From Lama guanicoe (Eukaryota): 64,000 bases of DNA. The stretch lies in the NCBI GenBank assembly GCA_013239625.1, contig MU054098.1, positions 372,001 through 436,000 on the forward strand. The letters are read 5' to 3'. Every line of letters begins with the position of its first letter. Position 1 is the stretch's first letter. The notes beneath the pieces are model-generated. The model saw nothing but the letters and a program-made list of their open reading frames with translations. It was not told the origin of the DNA and searched no databases. The position numbers and the translations under genes are program-made. This document shows, piece by piece, positions 13,438-26,730 of the stretch.

Positions 13438-14004
13438 GTAAGCACACATGAATTCTTAATTTGAAATGTCACTTATTAATACCTGGAATATTCATTAGAT
13501 ATTTCTACTTGAAAGAATTTTTTTTTGTTCATTTACCTGTTAAGTTCAGATAGTTAATTTGTAAATATTTCATTTGTCTGCATTCCCTAATTAAAAAAAA
13601 TTATAGTAAGCATGTAAACTGAGTGTAGTATGTACGCTGTTTTCCCCCCATAAATGTAATAATAATGTCCCCTGTTATTATTACCAAGGAAGACTGTACC
13701 TTCCCATACATTGTCCCATTTGAGCTATTTAACAACTCTTTAAAACAGATGGTATTGGCCTAATTTGACCAATAAGAAACTGAGGCCTGGAGTTTCAAAT
13801 GTCTGTACTCAGATATTCTGACTTTTGGTCTGATACACTTTCCATTTCATCAGACAGGTTATGTTAATTATAAGGGTGTTTACTTCTCTATTAAAATAGT
13901 TATACTTTAGGTCTTTTCTGTATCATTTATCTAATGAAATGGTGGAATATGACCTACCACATTTTTCAGTCTCTCCTTCAAGTTGCTTCATAGCTGCAGG
14001 AAGG

Positions 14005-14200
14005 AGCATTTGTTGGATACCTCCTCTGTACCAGGATCTGTGCTACGTGCTTTCCCATATTTCTTATTTAACCTTCGCTAAATCCTGCAGGGTAGATATT
14101 GTCCACATGTTTATAGATGAGGAGGGTGAAGCTCAGAGACTCTAAAGTTTCTTGTCTAGAACCACTTAGCTAGTGTTCATTAGAACCTAAGAGTGTGAAA
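14005..14200 (-). mobile_element. MIR SINE
   Basis: tttatagatgaggagggtgaagctcagaga core. Confidence 0.6.
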
Positions 14201-15070
14201 CTAGCTCTCTCCTATCCCCAAGTTTTCTCTTTTCTCCATATTGTACTTCCTCCAAATGACCTTGTTGGTAACTTTTTAAGGAGTCATCAATTAATCTCTG
14301 GTACCCATAAGGAGATGGAATGTTTTGTCTTGTACTCCATATTTCACTCTTCTCGTACTTTCTCACCTTATCTCATGAGGACAGTTCATCAGCCATGAGT
14401 GGCATGCAAGATATGGTAAAGATATAGTCTCAGGTTTGATACTGTTTTTAAAATGAAATACCTTTGGGATAAAATTACTTGAGTTTGCAGAACAATTTTA
14501 AAATTCCTTTGTTCTTTTTGAATGATAAAAATTATATATTTTAATGAATATTGTTTTGGCAAATTTACCAGTCTTATCTAAACCTATTTTGTATTTCCAC
14601 TACTTAAACATTTTACACAGAGATTTTAAAAATCAAAATGAATAAACTGATAAAAGCAGAGTAGTTTGATAAAATGAGAAATTTTCATAACATTTTCTGT
14701 TTATTTCTAAAGATAGACTAAATACAGCACTGCACTCCTTATTATACTCAAGACTGGGGAATATGCATTGCTAAATTATTCTTACCATTACACATTTCAG
14801 AAATTACAAAATGGTAATATAGATTACTTTGTTAGCCATTGATTATATTAATATAACCAGTATGTTACATTTCCTATTGAGTAGAGAGGCTAGATATGTT
14901 TTTATATTCCTTAAATAGTCTTTGCTTCTCACTTTAATGTTTCAAATATAAGGACATTAAGATTTTAGCTTTCACATGCTGTTAAAAATAAAAAATGGTT
15001 TCTATTTCTTGAATCTGGCATAAACTATCACCTGCCTTACTTTTTGGATAACCTTTGTGTCACCTTTCAG

Positions 15071-15178
15071 ACTTGGAAAAGAACACTTATTTGCAGAGGA
15101 AGAGGATGATGATTTGAAGGAAGTAACTGATTTGAGGAAAATAGCCGCTCAGTTATTGCAGCAAGAACAGAAGAACAG
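15071..15178 (+). CDS. LRCH2: LRCH2 exon (~11): LGKEHLFAEEEDDDLKEVTDLRKIAAQLLQQEQKN(R)
   Basis: cctttcag| acceptor, AG|gtattt donor, 108 nt, phase 2-2. Confidence 0.95.
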
Positions 15179-15635
15179 GTATTTTTTTCAGTAATGAGAT
15201 TTAAATAGACAAATTTTATAATCATTAAATCTGAGTATTTTAAAGATTATGAAGTAAGCAGTAAACAATAGGACCATCTTAAGATCTATTTCAAGGAACT
15301 AACTACTAAAAGACAATAGGAAACACTTAGAGGAGAAATGTAAAGTTAGCAGAATACTTTATATTCACATAGTCGTTGTATTTAATTATTGCTTGGCTGT
15401 CTTTTTTTTATTCCTGTGTGCTAAATAATAATCATTGTTGATATTCATCTTAGCTCACAGTAGCATTAGATATTTTATAAGCATTTTTCCAAGTATATGT
15501 CTTAAATATATAGTGTACTTTTTATCAGATTCTGAATTATTTGGGATATACATAAACTCCTTAAAATTGAATTGAAATATGTAACGATTGATTAAATCAT
15601 CATGTTGATATGAAGGTCACAGGGTAACTTTCGTT

Positions 15636-15733
15636 TCTTTTTTTTAAATAACTTTTTTATTGATTTATAATCATTTTACAATGTTGTGTCAAATTCCAGT
15701 GTAGTGCACAATTTTTCAGTTATACGTGAACAT
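15636..15733 (-). mobile_element. Short young L1 3'-end fragment (camelid-like)
   Basis: T tract then ttattgatttataatcattttacaatgttgtgtcaaattccagtgtagtgcacaatttttcagttatac; no TSD visible. Confidence 0.7.
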
Positions 15734-18700
15734 GGTCAGCGAGCATTGCTCCCCCTGGCTAGGCTTTCTCCAAATGCATGTTATTGGCAATGAGGAGGAC
15801 ATTATGTTAATGAGTATGAAATCAGTGCAAGTCCATTTTTAATACAGAAAAAGTTCTTTGCGCTACTGAGAGTTAGCTATTATTGCCATCTTTATGTACT
15901 GAGAGTGCTACATTTATAGTTTTGAAATAATCAGGAAGGTGAAATGTTTTTGTTTTGAGAGAATTAAAAGAATAATTTTGGTGCATTTAACATGGATAAA
16001 TAAGAAGTATTTTACTTACTTATTCAAAGCAATAAATGCTTATGGGTCATATGACCATGTTTTGGGAAGTTTGAAAAAGCATACTGGCATTTGTTTAAAG
16101 AGGCTTTGAAAAATAATTACTATTAAAACTTATCCAGTGACAAATGAGTGGTTTTTAGTGGCCACTATTTTAAAAAATCTGGGTATTTAAGTATTATCAA
16201 ATAAACAGTAAACAAATAGGACCATCTTAAGATTTCTATCAAGGGATTAACTACTAAAAAACATCTTTTTTTCCCGCACAGCCACTGCATTTATAGAATT
16301 AAAAACCAGACTAGAAAACATCACTCATTTTTATCCCTTCTGTATCTTATGTATCCTCATTCCCAGTTCACATTTTTCTTCTGCCATAACTTTCTGTCAC
16401 CCTTCTCTGTGAAGTTTATCTTCTAATCTTTTCCTATGATTTATTTCTAATGGACCCCTTTTTTTTATTGGCTACTTATGAGGTTGTGTGTGTTTCCCCT
16501 TCAGTATAATCAAAGTATTGATTGCCCCCATAGTTTAAGAGGCTTGAATAAGCAAGTCACCACCTACTCTGTGTAGCTTAAAAATTAGTTGAATTTCTAT
16601 CTTCTCTATCTGTCAGGTGAAAGAATTGCATTTATAAGGACAGAGAATATTAATTTTATAAGAACCCACAACAATATCCATTTCACTCATTGTGTTAAGA
16701 ATAGCATTTGAGTGCATAATTTTAGATTTTAACATTGCCATGTATACCATTTCTATATTTTCAATTTTCCCCTATTGTGTTAGTTTTCCATCTATCCTTC
16801 TGACTTAAATTATTCTTTCTAGCCTAGATACAACATCAAGTGATGTTTCATAGGTCTTGTTTTTGTGATAGTTTTGTAATCAGTGCAAAACAGCATCTAG
16901 GACTGCCTTGTACGTAGTAGGTACTCAGTAATACTGTTACTTATTAATTGATTGCTTGAAAATTAGAACAAATTTAAAGCTAGTTGGAACCATTAATTTA
17001 GTTAATATATTTCCTCTACATAACTTCTGTTATTTTTTGAGATGTATGCAAAATTAATTTCTGTCTTTCTCTGACTATTTCTCTTCATCCTCCTTTTCAG
17101 ATGTTAGTGCATACAAATATAAGATCTTTTTGGATTAAGTATTACTATGCAGTGACATTAATGTTGTAGTAATTATGTGTAATTTTTGAAGGCATTAAAA
17201 TTTATGATACCTGGTCATAAAGTAAGGAGCACATTTTACTTTTAAAATTTGTAATCTATAGACAGATTAAATTAGATCCCTAGGCAGTTCTGTTAATGGC
17301 TGAACTTAAACTGATCTCAGAATTTTTTAATGCTAAATCTACTGTTTTCTCCATTAAATGATCTCATCCTTCCTTCTAAACTATGTTGCTATTGTTTACA
17401 TCTCTTAGATGTAGATCATTAACATTTATTGTTTACTGTTACAATACTTAACTTTAAGTGAGTCCAGAAAGTAAAAAGTAATCTTGTATAAGGATATATT
17501 TCTTAGAGGATTTGAGTTTTTATATCTTCTCTGGTTGTAGATTTTCCCTTTCACACTGTATTGTGCTTTAGATTCCAACTTTATAAATGAAGAATCTGAA
17601 ATGCTATTTAAGATTGCAAGTCAACCAGGAGTTGTAACATTTCTTTTTAGGCTTTAACATGATCCTTGTAATGTTTTTTGTTTGTTTTTAGTCTTGGTTT
17701 AAAATAGTTTATTTGAGGTAACATTATCTTTGTATATCAGGAAGTACTGCCTAAGACTCCTACTTTGTAGACTTAACCACTTAACTGTTTCTTAGCTCGT
17801 TACTAGTCGAAGGAAAATGCAGTTAGCTCTCAGCTAAAAGAACCCGTGCATGTACTCCAAAATTATAGACAATTTAAAAACTGCTTATGTTGAATTCAGT
17901 GATGATTTTCTTAGAGCAGTTTTGACACTTGTTTAGTTCATACTACTTTTAAAATTATCTTTGATTCTTTAAGAAAGTTTATGCTAGTACTTGGTGGATG
18001 AAACAATCCTAAGAAAGTAACAGGAGGATATTGCACAGAATTAAGACTCAAAAAGGGTGGGAGAAGAGATCAGCAAATAAACCACCAAGTAGGTAAACTT
18101 GTAAGTGTTCAAAATCTGAAGCCTGGTTGTTTGGAAGACTGCTCCTTCTTTTTCTGAGATACACAGATTAAGCTACTTGATATTGACAGTTTATTGTTAA
18201 GATTTTAGAAGCTAATCTTTATCCCTGTTGTCAAAGTATTGGATTTTTTCTACTTGTGTTTGAGTGTATTGAAGTCCCCCTGAATCAGTGACCTTGTCTA
18301 TATTAAAATAGCTGTTCCACAAATCATAATTTTATCTTCACTATAATTTACGAAATTAAGAGCTTTTATCTTAAAAAAATCATTATTTTAAAATAATGTT
18401 TACTTTGTGAATTATTTAGCCAATTCCTCAAATTTCTACCAACCCTGCTTAGTATCAGAGAAGTGGCTACAGGTCTTTCTTATATTAATTTTCTTATTAT
18501 GTGGCTTAATAAGTAGATGTTAAAATTTGTTTGATTATCAGTTGACTGGTTCACACTGCATGTGCATTTCTGCTAACTTATTCTATAGTATTTTCTATTA
18601 TGTCTTTCCTTTTAATAATTATTTTATTTGCTTTTAGGTGTGTCCTGAGAGTTTTTACTTATTATGGAGAGATATGCTTCAGAGTACCATGTAATATAGC

Positions 18701-19051
18701 TAAATTTTAAAAACTAATTATGAAAAGTTACATTGAAGTATAATTAATTAAGGATCATGGAAAGCAAAATCAGATTTTGAGCAGTTTATTATTTTGGTTT
18801 AGGATTACAGACATTATGTATGTTACCTTTTCATGTGATTTTTTTTTTTCTGATCATATGGACATTCTGATTTGAGGAACATCATGTTAACCTCTAGCTT
18901 GTTATAACTAATTAGGTAGTTTTCTCAACCCTTAAAATCTATCCATTCTTCCTTTTCTGCTTGCTTTACTAATGACTTCCCTGTCCTCTCCCAAAACATC
19001 TTACTTCTTCCATCTTTTGGTTTGGTTGATGTACGTGAAATGTGAATACAG

Positions 19052-19129
19052 ACGGAAGCCTTTATGTTATAGAGCGTCATTCAGTGAAAAACTCTTCCAG
19101 AGGACCAGAGCAGCAGGACGTGCATCAAG
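19052..19129 (+). CDS. LRCH2: Candidate LRCH2 cassette exon: (R)RKPLCYRASFSEKLFQRTRAAGRAS(R)
   Basis: tacag| acceptor after a ~130-nt AG-free stretch containing TACTAAT and a pyrimidine tract; AAG|gtatct donor; 78 nt, phase 2-2 like its neighbours, no stop codon. Confidence 0.7.
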
Positions 19130-19566
19130 GTATCTAGAGTTTGTGGAAGCCTTAAGTATTAAGGGGCTAGGTGGATGCAGTTAACTAGTCTTTTACTTAA
19201 AATACAGTACTGGTACCTGGATTAGGGATATGTGTTAATAATGTAGAAAAGATATTTAGATACAATGCATTTATTTTAACTTTGAATATCACAGAGTAAA
19301 ACATTAAGTATTAATGTATACAGCAAAATTTTACGTAGAAGTATTTTCAAGTACATAAAATATATTTTATAGGTAAGTAGATCTCAACTTTTTTTTGTGC
19401 TCCTATATGACTCATACACATCAGTAATCACAGCACTAGTGAGTGTGGTGTGGGGAGAATTGAGAATTTACTATAGTGAAGGTCATTGTAGTTTGACCCC
19501 CCTCCCTGGGGAATAATTCTGACATTCCCCCCAGGATAGTTTGCACTGCCGCATCTCCTTTTTAAA

Positions 19567-19775
19567 TTAAAAAAATTGTTTTCTCCTCTAGTTTTATTGA
19601 AATGTAATTGACATATGGCATGGTATAAGTTTAAGGTGTACAGTATAATGATATGACTTACCTATATCATGAAATGATTATCACAAGAAGTTTCGTGAAT
19701 ATCTGTCATCTCATATAGATACAGAGCTAACGAAATAATTTTTTTCCCTTCTGATGAGAACTCTTAGGATTTACT
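19567..19775 (-). mobile_element. L1MA9-like 3' fragment with TSD
   Basis: ttttattgaaatgtaattgacata...aagtttaaggtgtacag...gatgagaactcttaggatttact; TSD tcctttttaaa at 19556-19566 and 19776-19786. Confidence 0.75.
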
Positions 19776-20938
19776 TCCTTTTTAAAAAAAAAAAATCACT
19801 ATTTAAGGATTTTTTCCTAAAAGTCTTAGGTATTTTATTACCTAAATTCTTCTGCATTTGGGAATTCACTACAATTTTAGTGCCTGCCCATAGAAAGAAG
19901 AATAAAGATGTCATTAACCTCAAAATTGGTGCAAAAATATACTGCTTTGCCTGTGGTACTTTTCCTTTGCCCCTCACTGTGACCTCTGGTAGCCTCTACT
20001 AAATCCAAGCTAGTGAGGAAACTGGAGTAGCGCAAATTGGCTTCTTTATGTTAACCATCTTTTTGTTATTGCCAGCTTATATTTATTTTATTATGTATTT
20101 TAGTAGTCAATATGTAGCTTTAATTTTAAATTCCTTGTTTTCTCTATATTCTTTTGATAGTTAACATCTGAAAATGCTAATTTGAGTAAAAGGCAGATAT
20201 TTTACTCCTTAAAAAACTAAACTTTAAAATTGAAAATTAAGTTACATTTATATACTAAATAAATATTAAGAACTCTTAAATGTGTAAGTTACTTATATTA
20301 AAGAAAGATCGTTTATAATTCATTACTTATGATTTTGAGATTACTACTTAGAATTATATAAAATTGTGGATAAATAGTTTGCTCATGCAGTAGTGGTTTA
20401 TCATTCTTTATTTTTCTCTTTTTTTTGTTTTCTTCAAATACTGTTTCATTTGGTTATTAAAAGTTTAATAAACTTGTGGACTTTTTTTTAAGAGTTGAGC
20501 TTTAGCACTGGCTTTACATTTCGAATTAAGGTTTATTATTTGGCTTTTGGCAAAAAGATTATTTATTACATCAGTGTGATCCTATCATTTGCTATGCTGG
20601 GAAAACTAAATCAATTGTGATGATACCTAAACAATCTACATCTCTTTATCTTCTGTCTCAGCCGAAAGTTAGATATGCACAGGGAAATAGCATGTTAGAA
20701 GATATCCAAGCCTTGAGAAAAGGTTTATAAAAGAAGATACATGGAAGAGTTGGTGAGCTTCATTTCTTCATAATAGCCAGTGTGCTTATGGGCATCTGAT
20801 CTAAATAATATTTAAATATTGTTTTCTAGCAAAGATCTTCATGGACCAGATGCAGTTTATTATGGAGATCTTTTATATCATATGTGTACACTATTCTATT
20901 TAATATATTATGGAATTAATGTGTTGATTTGCTTCTAG

Positions 20939-21004
20939 GATTCTTAATCATTCAACTTCTATCGCAAGAAACAAGCCAAAACAAACCATGGAATGTGAAA
21001 AGAG
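20939..21004 (+). CDS. LRCH2: LRCH2 exon (~12): ILNHSTSIARNKPKQTMECEK(S)
   Basis: gcttctag| acceptor, AG|gtataa donor, 66 nt, phase 2-2. Confidence 0.92.
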
Positions 21005-21088
21005 GTATAAAATATCTTAGTTCTTATATTTAATATTTTATAATGAGAGTTGATCCTTTGACAGTGATGTTCCTATATGTGGGCTTTA

Positions 21089-21551
21089 TTTTTTTTAATT
21101 GAAGTATGGTTGATTTATAATTTTGTGTTAGTCTCTGATGCACAGCAAAGTAATTCAGTTATACATATATATTCTTTTTCATATTCTTTTCCATTATGGT
21201 TTATTATAGGATATTAAAATATATTTCCATGTACTATATAGTAGGACCATGTTGATCTGTTTTATATATGGTAGTTTGTTTATGTTAATCCCAGACTCCT
21301 AATTTATGACCCCACTACCTTTCCCCTTTGGTAACCAGAAGTTTGTTTTCTTTGTCTGTGAATCTGTTTCTGTTTTGTAAATAAGTTGATTTGTATCATA
21401 TTTTAGATTTCACATGTAAGTGATATCATGTAGTATTTGTCTTTCCCTATCTGACTGACTTTACTTAGTATATAATCTTTAGGTCCATCCATGTTGCTGC
21501 AAATGGCATTATTTTATTCTTTTTTATGGCTGAGTAATATTCAACTGTATG

Positions 21552-21593
<42 letters not shown>

Positions 21594-21839
21594 CACAGAC
21601 ACCACATCTTCTTTATTTATTCATCTATCAATATACATTTAGGTTGAATCCATATCTTGGCTATTATAAATAGTGCTGCTATGAACATTACAGTGCATGT
21701 ATCTGTTCAAATTTGAATTTTCTCTGCAGGGTCATGTGGCAACTCTATTTTTTTAGTTTTTTAAGGAACCTCCATACTGTTTTCCACAGTGGCTGCACCA
21801 ACTTACTCACCAGCAGTGTAGGAGGGTTCCCTTTTCTCC
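21089..21839 (-). mobile_element. 5'-truncated L1 (artiodactyl-type 3' UTR) with 13-bp TSD
   Basis: aggtccatccatgttgctgcaaatggcattatt and aaggaacctccatactgttttccacagtggctgcaccaa are L1 motifs; TSD tatgtgggcttta at 21076-21088 and 21840-21852. Confidence 0.88.
21558..21590. repeat. (TG)n microsatellite inside the L1
   Basis: About 16 TG units seen directly. Confidence 0.95.
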
Positions 21840-22334
21840 TATGTGGGCTTTAATTGAATATTTGATATCAATTTAATATAACCAGATAACTTAAAGTAAT
21901 GTGTTACAGGATAAGTTAAATTGACCTTTGATATGAACAAATTCCAAAATGCTGATTTGATCTTTCTGTGCTTATACCTGCATTTTGTGTTGTTAATAGA
22001 ATCATTTATCCATGTAGCGAACATTTATTGTATTACTGTTACTGTCAGGAATAGTGTGTTTCTTCATCATTGATTATATTTACTCTCTATGTTATTGTTC
22101 ACTTTTTAATTTCTTTTCAATTAGGTTTTACTGAATTCCTCTATGTGAATACATAGTCTAAGTCCACATATATGAATTCCAGAGAACTAGAAGACCTTGA
22201 GTGTTTCCATTTATTCTTTTTGGTGGTTTGAAAATTTGCATCAGACTCAACTCCTAAGTCATTCCTATGGAAGTGTAAAAGTCTAAGGCTGGGATGTGGG
22301 TACAGAAGTATACACAGAGAATTAGCATTTGCTA

Positions 22335-22550
22335 AATGCTTGTTATATGTATACTGCTCTTAGTGGTTTAGATGTATTATTTCATTTAATCCTGATACTA
22401 TGAAGTTGTTACTATTGTCATCCCCATTTTATAGGTGAGAAACTGAGGCTCAGAAATTACCATAGCTTGTTCAAGATCACACAGCTAGTAAGTGGTACAG
22501 TGAGAATTTAAACCCAGTTTGTGTAGCTCCAGAACCTCAAGTCTTAACAT
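22335..22550 (-). mobile_element. MIR SINE
   Basis: ccccatttttataggtgagaaactgaggctcaga...caagatcacacagctagtaagtgg. Confidence 0.85.
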
Positions 22551-23819
22551 ATGATAACAAGAACACTTTGCTTCCTCCAGATTCACACATTTCACTGATG
22601 TCTTTTCCTAACTACTTCACAGTCCAAACTGAACTTACTTTTCCCCAAACCTAACCTATTTCTTCTGTATAGTTTGCCTGAGTGAGTGTGTCACTATTTA
22701 TATAGCCATCCAAGTCAGCAACTTTGGAATTATTGGAAATTCATTTCTCTTATGCACCCTTCCCAATCCATTGAGTCATAGAAAATTACAGCTTCTTAAC
22801 ATTGTTTGCATTTATCCCAACCTCTCCATTCCTATTGCAGTTATGTTGGTTTGGGGCCCATCTTTTCCACCTAGATTACCATAACAATCCCTAGACATAT
22901 CTCCTTTCTTCAGTTTGGCCTATCTTTAAATCTGTTTTCTATACTGATGTAAGAGTGATGGTTCTAAAACACAAGCCTGCACTATGTGACTCCTGTTTAT
23001 TATCTTACCTTCTAATAGTTCTTTCTAACTTTTAGAATAAAACTTAAAATGTTTGGCTTAACCCACAGGATTGAAGTTAGTTTCAGTCAACCTGGCTTGA
23101 GAACCTCATCTCATAAGTTCTTCCATTTTGCGCCTAGGAACAGTTTTCTTTTCTTTATTCCAACATGGTTTCACATCTCTGTGTTCTGTATCCTGGTGTC
23201 TCTGCTGGGATTGCCTTTTCTTTCTCCGCTTTTCACTTAGAGTTTTATGATTCAGTTCAGGCATCTGATGACTTTTCATACCCAAATCTAGAAACATTCA
23301 TCTATCTCAAATTTCATTTACCTGGATTTACCCCACTCTGTCCCTTTTTGAATATTGATTCTATTATCTTACATATTTGTTTTCTTTCAAGTTTCTGTTA
23401 TTACTTTCCCTCTCAGTTCCTTTCATTTCTATCTTAAGGTTCCTTACCAGGTTCCTAACATTCTCTTGAGGAAGCCCCAATGGCCCAAACTTCAAAACTA
23501 TGATATCCAATCCTGGCTTTTCCTTCACAGAACCTTTTTCTCATTTCAGAACAATCACTCAATTTCTTCTTCAAAAACAAAACAAAAAATCTTTTAGTTT
23601 TTTCCTGATTATAAGAATAATGTAGTTTTATTGTTGAAAAATTGGAAAATTTTATCACAAAGAAAAAAGTAGGTAAACATTATCTGTTATCCTGCTCCTC
23701 AGATGACAAGTCTTGGTATTTTGGTTTTTCCCTTTAAACCTTTTCTCTATAAATGTACATGAACATTTGCATGTGTGTACATGTATACACATACACTGCA
23801 GAGTTACATTACCTGTTAC

Positions 23820-24700
23820 CTACCCAGCACCTCCACTTGGATGTATTATAGGTATGTGAAACTTAACCTTCCAGAACCACACTCTTAATCTCCTTACTTG
23901 TACCTCTAAACCTGTTCTTCCTGCATTTTTCACCATTTTAGGAAATGTCCATCCTTCTAGTTGCTCGGCTCAAAAACCTCAGTCTCTTAACTTGTCACTT
24001 TCTTTCACACCCCATAGCTAACCCTTGAGCAAATCTTCTTGACTCTACCTTCAAAATATGCCCAGAATCTGATCACATCTTACCACCTCCACACCTACCA
24101 GCCTAGCCCGAACAATCCCTTACTTCAGTTATTTTAGCAGCCTCCTAACAGATCTCCTTTGTGTCCTTGCTTCCCTTTAGTCTGTTATCCAAAAAAATAT
24201 TAGATTGGTATTTTTAGAATGTAAGTCAGATCATGTCAGCATTCTCTACTAACCTCCCATCTCCTTCAGAATAAAAACTAGAGTCCTTTAAGGACTTGTG
24301 AATCTCTACATTATTTAGTTCCCTTCTGTATTCCTCTCTTGCCTCACTCTTCCTGCTGGTTAGTTCTCTAGTTATACTGGCCTCCTTGTTGACTCTCAGT
24401 ACACAAGGCATTTCCCATCCCCTCAAGGCTTTGTCCTCTGCCTGGAATGATTTTCCTCCCAGATAACCATATGGCTTATTCCTTTGTCTTCAGATTTCTG
24501 TTCAAATGTCACTTCATCAGCAAGAGGCTCCCTGAACAACTTATATAAAAGAGCGTGCCTCCCCTACTCCTTTTGTCCTTTTCCCATAACCTACTTTATT
24601 TTTCTCCACAGAACTTAGTACTGTCTGACGTTGTAAATATGTACTTTTTACCATCTGACATTCTGAATATATACTTCTTTATTTGTTTATTGTTTGTCTT
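23820..24700 (+). mobile_element. L2 fragment
   Basis: ctccacttggatgt..., ctctaccttcaaaatatgcccagaatctgatcac..., cctctgcctggaatg. Confidence 0.7.
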
Positions 24701-26082
24701 CATCACCCCATCACCCCCTGGGCACACTACAGTGTTGATTTTTATCAGTTACTAAGAGAAGACTATTTGAAATCTCCAACACTAATTGTGGATTTAGCTT
24801 TCTCTTTAAAGTTCCATCATTTTTCCTTCATATATTCTGAAGCTGTTATTAGATACATAAATATTTAGGATTGTAATGTCATCTTGGTGAATTTATACCT
24901 TTGTCATTATAAAGTGACTTTTAAAATATTTCTGGTAATACTCTTTGCTCTGAAGTGTACTTTTCTGATATTATATAGTCACCTCAGCTTTCTTTGGATG
25001 AGTGTTAACATGATATATCTTTCTCCTTCCCTTTATTTTTAGCCTATTCGTGTCTTTATCAAGAAAGTGGGGTTTTTTGTAGTTAAATTTTGGTAGCATC
25101 TTCCTTTTCTATCAAATCTGACAACCTGACTTCTCATTTCAGTGTTAAGATTGTTAAGATTTAATGAAAGTATTGTTATTAATGGATTTAAATCTACCAC
25201 ATTATTGTGTTTTTGTCATATCCATTCTTTGTAGCCATCTTTCCTCTTTTTCCTCCTGTCTTTTGAATTATATTTTAAAGTTCCTGTTTATTTTCTTTGT
25301 AGACTTATTCGTCATAACTTTTTGTTATGTTAGTGATTGTTTTAGGGTCTAAAGTATAATATTTAACTTATCGTAGTCTACCTTGAAGTGCTATTATGCC
25401 ATTTTATGTATCAACAGAAGAGTATACTTCTGTTTCTTCCCTTCTGGCCTTTGTTGTATTGTTGCCATACGTTTTACTTCTATGTTTGTTTAAAACCCCA
25501 TATTACATTGTTATTATTTTTGCGTTAAGTAGTCAGTTGTTTCTTGAAAGAGAGTTAAATGATCAGAATAATGTCCTTTACCTTTACCTCCTTAGTTACC
25601 ATCACCACTGCCCTTTGTTCCTTTGTATGGCTCTATATTTCCATGTATAGCATTTTCCTTCTTCCAGAAAGAGATATTTTAGCATTACTTTCACTGCTGG
25701 TCTGCTGATGAGGAATCCTTTCAGTTTTTGTATGTCTGAAAAAATCATTATTTTTACCTTCATTTTTGAAAGATACTTTGCTAGTATAAAATTCTAGGTT
25801 GACATTTTTGTTTTCTTTTGGTACCTTCAGAAATGTTTTTCTACTGTCTTCTGGATTGCATTGTTTCCTGTGAGAACTCTGTTGTCAGTGATTCACTAAA
25901 CTCATTGTGTTTTTTCTCTGGCTGATTTGTACATTTTCTCTTTATTATTTATTTGTAAGTAATTTGATTATGATGTATCTTGGTGTAGTTTTCTTATATT
26001 TTGCTTAGAGTTCACTGAGCGTCTCAAGTTTGTGGATTTATTGTTTTGATGAAATTTGTAAATTTAGGGTCCTTATTTCTTT

Positions 26083-26374
26083 TTTTTTTCCTGTTCAGTT
26101 TCTTTTTTTTTTTTTTTTTTGGGTTTGTTAATTTTNNNNNNNNNNNNNNNNNNNNNNNNNNNNNNTGTTTAAATTTATACAGCACAATTCCTCAGCCATA
26201 TGTGAATATACATATATTCATTTTCATATTCTTTTTCACTGTAAGCTACTACACAATATTGAATATACTTCTCTGTGCTATACAGCATAAACTCTTTATA
26301 TATTTTATATATACCAGTCAGTATCTGCAAATCTTGAACTCCGAGCCTATCTCTTCCCACCCCCCTCCACCTTG
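26083..26374 (-). mobile_element. Young truncated L1 nested in the old L1, 16-bp TSD, contains a 30-N gap
   Basis: TSD gggtccttatttcttt at 26067-26082 and 26375-26390; long T tail; L1 3' UTR motif ctgtgctatacag. Confidence 0.85.
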
Positions 26375-26730
26375 GGGTCCTTATTTCTTTAAGTATCTTT
26401 TCTATCACCAAACCTATTCTTCTGGAACCCCAATGATGTGCATATCAGGCCACTTGAAGTTTCCTACAGATCATTGATGCTTTTATTCATTCTTCTTCAA
26501 TATTTTTCTTGCTGTATTGGATTTTTGCTAGTTCATTTGCTATGTCTTTATGTTCACTAATAATTTCTTATGAAATGTCTAATCTGCAGTTAATCTCATC
26601 CAGGTTATTTTTTTATTTCAGATGTTGTACTTTTTATTTCTTCAACTTCAATTTTTACCTATTTTATGTCTATCATGTCTGTACTTAACATGTTTAATTT
26701 TTTCATTTAGCTTCCTGAACATTGACTAAT

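Noticed and set aside
15742..15848. cattgc...gcaatg stem reminiscent of the snoRNA's 5' hairpin
   Set aside because: No convincing upper stem, box H or second hairpin at the right spacing.
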